A DNA stretch of 64,000 nucleotides, taken from positions 2,542,001 to 2,606,000 of the forward strand of contig BQFW01000015.1 in NCBI GenBank assembly GCA_020891255.1. The letters run 5' to 3'. Position 1 is the first letter of the stretch; every line of letters starts with the position of its first letter. The notes below the pieces were generated by a model. It saw nothing but the letters and a program-made list of their open reading frames with translations, was not told the origin of the DNA and ran no database searches. The translations under genes and the position numbers were made by a program. Positions 61,826-64,000 of the stretch are shown here, in pieces. The DNA comes from Entomortierella parvispora E1425 (taxonomy: Eukaryota; Fungi; Mortierellomycota).

Positions 61826-63154
61826 TTATTGCTCTTTTATTTTTCTTTGGCGAACAAGGCTATTGTATTTTGTCAGCACCTGAGATGGTGCCCTTGTGCC
61901 CACTACAGTCGCGACCTTTGCCCAGTCTCGTCCATGCAGCCTTAAGCCCTCCCTCAACCGTTCAATTTCCTCTTGTGTCCAGTGTTTCCCCTTTTTGATC
62001 TTGAAATGAGCATCAATTCGATCTCGACAGCCTACTGCGGATCTTGCCCCAACATCCAACGCCACTCGATGCCAGTCTACTGCACTCATTTGTTCGGGAC
62101 TGATCTCGGGCCAACACTGCTTTTCTTTGAGTTTTTCATGAGTTCCCTCTGAACCCCCGCTGAGAGGCAGCTCTTCATTGGTCCTGTTGCCTTGATGCAT
62201 ATCGGAAGGGCCAGGGTTGGAGGTCGAGCTCAGTTGGATCCCGAGCTGGCTGTAAACTGACTTCATCAGCAGGGTATCCTCCTCGTTGGTCCAAGCGCCC
62301 TTGGAGAGGAAGGGTCGAGCTTCGAGTAGTTTAAATCTGATTATACACGAGCTTTGGTTTCGCATCATATCCAGACCCTGTCTTTCCTTGGGGTCACTTA
62401 GCATGCGGCTGAGTTCATGTCTCCATCGATCTGGATTTCTCTCCTTCGCTTTCTGGACAAGATCCTTTAAGATGCTGTCCTCCTCTTCTGTCCAGTAAGT
62501 GTTGGGTTTCTTGTGTTTCTCTGTTGTAGTTATAACTCGGCCACCTTGCTTACTACCTTGGCTTTCTTCTCCTATTGCAAAAGAAGATACTGTTCTCTTC
62601 CTGTCAATGTCATGAGAAGCTGGACGAAGTTGTGCCAATCGCAACATGATGGCGTCCAGCGTTCTGCATGGGAAATGGGTCGTCATCTCCATAGGTGTCG
62701 CGCCGGCGTTGTGCATTTCCAAGAGCCTGTCCTTCTCGTCAGAAGTCCACTTTTTGAGAGGGATAGATACCCTGATATTGGAAACTTGGCAGATGACGGC
62801 TTTACTTGACCGACCAGGAAAGAATGATATGATGGATCGGATGGTGGGATTCCTTCCGTCCGAGTAGAAATACTTGAGACGATCCAATTCATCTTTTGAC
62901 CAGGCCACAGGGGAATTCCTGACTGAACGGGGCTTTCTCTTCTTAGGCTCCGTTGGAGGTGTACTTGGGACCGATGCTTGTGGAGCCATGGTTCCATTCC
63001 CAGCGATTGAGTTGATCAAGCCGCCATGGAAAAGTCGTGATTGCGGTGAAACGCGCATGGCGGTCAATGAGATCACCAGAGTTGATGGTCTGTTGATCAG
63101 TGGCATCCATGAACATGCATTGTGGATGCACTTTGAATGCAACGCAGCGAACAT
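61826..63154 (-). CDS. Intronless multi-repeat Myb/SANT protein, tandem copy 2
   Basis: Start set at MFAALHSK (63154) by homology with copy 1; same five repeats. Confidence 0.88.
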   Translation of the reverse strand: MFAALHSKCIHNACSWMPLINRPSTLVISLTAMRVSPQSRLFHGGLINSIAGNGTMAPQASVPSTPPTEPKKRKPRSVRNSPVAWSKDELDRLKYFYSDGRNPTIRSIISFFPGRSSKAVICQVSNIRVSIPLKKWTSDEKDRLLEMHNAGATPMEMTTHFPCRTLDAIMLRLAQLRPASHDIDRKRTVSSFAIGEESQGSKQGGRVITTTEKHKKPNTYWTEEEDSILKDLVQKAKERNPDRWRHELSRMLSDPKERQGLDMMRNQSSCIIRFKLLEARPFLSKGAWTNEEDTLLMKSVYSQLGIQLSSTSNPGPSDMHQGNRTNEELPLSGGSEGTHEKLKEKQCWPEISPEQMSAVDWHRVALDVGARSAVGCRDRIDAHFKIKKGKHWTQEEIERLREGLRLHGRDWAKVATVVGTRAPSQVLTKYNSLVRQRKIKEQ

Positions 63155-63389
63155 GTCCGATGAATCCTGTCCTCTGCTGTCCTGGCTGTCTTTTTTGGGC
63201 TGATCGTGTTGAGGAAAGAGAGAGAGGTTTTTTTTTTTTTTTTCAATTCCATATCTGTGACTTCGACGAAGCATTCGCTCAGATCGCGTCCTTGCCTCTT
63301 GCCAGAAAATCTACGCATGTCCGTTGCCACTTTTGACAAAACGAGAGAGCTCAAGCCAAGGGAATTGAAGATAGGACATTATTGCTCTT

Positions 63390-64000
63390 TTATTTTCTTC
63401 GGTAAACAAGGCTATTGTATTTTATCAGCACCTGAGATGGTGCCCTTGTGCCTACTACAGTCGCGACCTTTGCCCAGTCTCGTCCATGCAGCCTTAAGCC
63501 CTCCCTCAACCGTTCAATTTCCTCTTTTGTCCACCGTTCCCCCTTTTTGAGCATGAAATGAGAAGTAATTCGCTGTTGGCAGCCTTTTGCGGATCTTGCC
63601 CCAACATCCAACGCCACTCGATGCCAGTCCACTGCTTTCATTTGTTCCGGACTGATCTCGGGCCAACACCGCTTTTCATTGAGTTTTTCGTGAGTTCCCT
63701 CTGAACCCTCGCTGAGTGGCGGCTCTTCATTGGTCCTGTTTCCTTGATACATATTGGAAGGGTCGGGGTTGGAGGTCGAGCTCAGTTGGATCCCGAGCTG
63801 GCTGTAAACTGACTTCATCAGCAGGGTATCCTCCTCGTTGGTCCAAGCGCCCGTGGAGAGAAAGGGTCGACTTTCGAGTATTTTAAATCTGATTATACAC
63901 GAGTTTTGATTTCGCGTCATATCTAGACCCTGTCTTTCCTTGGGGTCACTTAGCATGCGGCTGAGTTCATGTCTCCATCGATCTGGGTTTCTCTCCTTCG
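63390..64000 (-). CDS. Multi-repeat Myb/SANT protein, tandem copy 3 (3' part; 5' end beyond window)
   Basis: Closely similar to the C-terminal 190 aa of copy 2. Confidence 0.85.
   Translation of the reverse strand, partial: KERNPDRWRHELSRMLSDPKERQGLDMTRNQNSCIIRFKILESRPFLSTGAWTNEEDTLLMKSVYSQLGIQLSSTSNPDPSNMYQGNRTNEEPPLSEGSEGTHEKLNEKRCWPEISPEQMKAVDWHRVALDVGARSAKGCQQRITSHFMLKKGERWTKEEIERLREGLRLHGRDWAKVATVVGTRAPSQVLIKYNSLVYRRK

Larger units (their letters stand above)
61253..64000. repeat. Recent direct tandem duplication, unit about 1558 bp (second unit runs off the window)
   Basis: 61253-62810 aligns with 62811-64000+ including the non-coding spacer; cgaccagg at 61253 and 62811, ATGs at 61596 and 63154. 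Confidence 0.9.

Noticed and set aside
63155-63274. N-terminal extension of Myb copy 2 given by the ORF track
   Set aside because: Runs through a poly-A tract in the spacer and is not open in copy 1; MFAALHSK taken as the start.

Overview
Intron-rich fungal genomic DNA, most likely Mortierellaceae (Mucoromycota s.l.). The evidence is an elongase that I recall as very close to Mortierella alpina MAELO, GT..AG introns, and long A/T homopolymers and CT microsatellites between genes. About 21 protein-coding genes plus one pseudogene can be modelled by hand. Housekeeping or familiar genes: adenylate kinase (3' part), two ATG22-like MFS transporters, EFM2/Rrg1-like methyltransferase, DUG3, RCM1/NSUN5, SET5/SMYD, KRE2/MNT1 mannosyltransferase, fatty-acid elongase, epoxide hydrolase, PHO89, two HMG-box factors and two single-pass membrane proteins. 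More unusual content: (i) four intronless five-repeat Myb/SANT genes with mitochondrial-presequence-like N-termini, three in a tandem array with a chimeric copy and a hypervariable helix-3; (ii) an intact SerA-like protein that has lost its NAD-binding and catalytic motifs; (iii) TlpA-like WCGPC redoxins (two intact, one pseudogene) with an uncharacterised N-terminal domain; (iv) an orphan MADF/trihelix-like gene. No tRNA, rRNA, CRISPR array or intact transposase was recognised. All calls come from manual reading; no database search was run.
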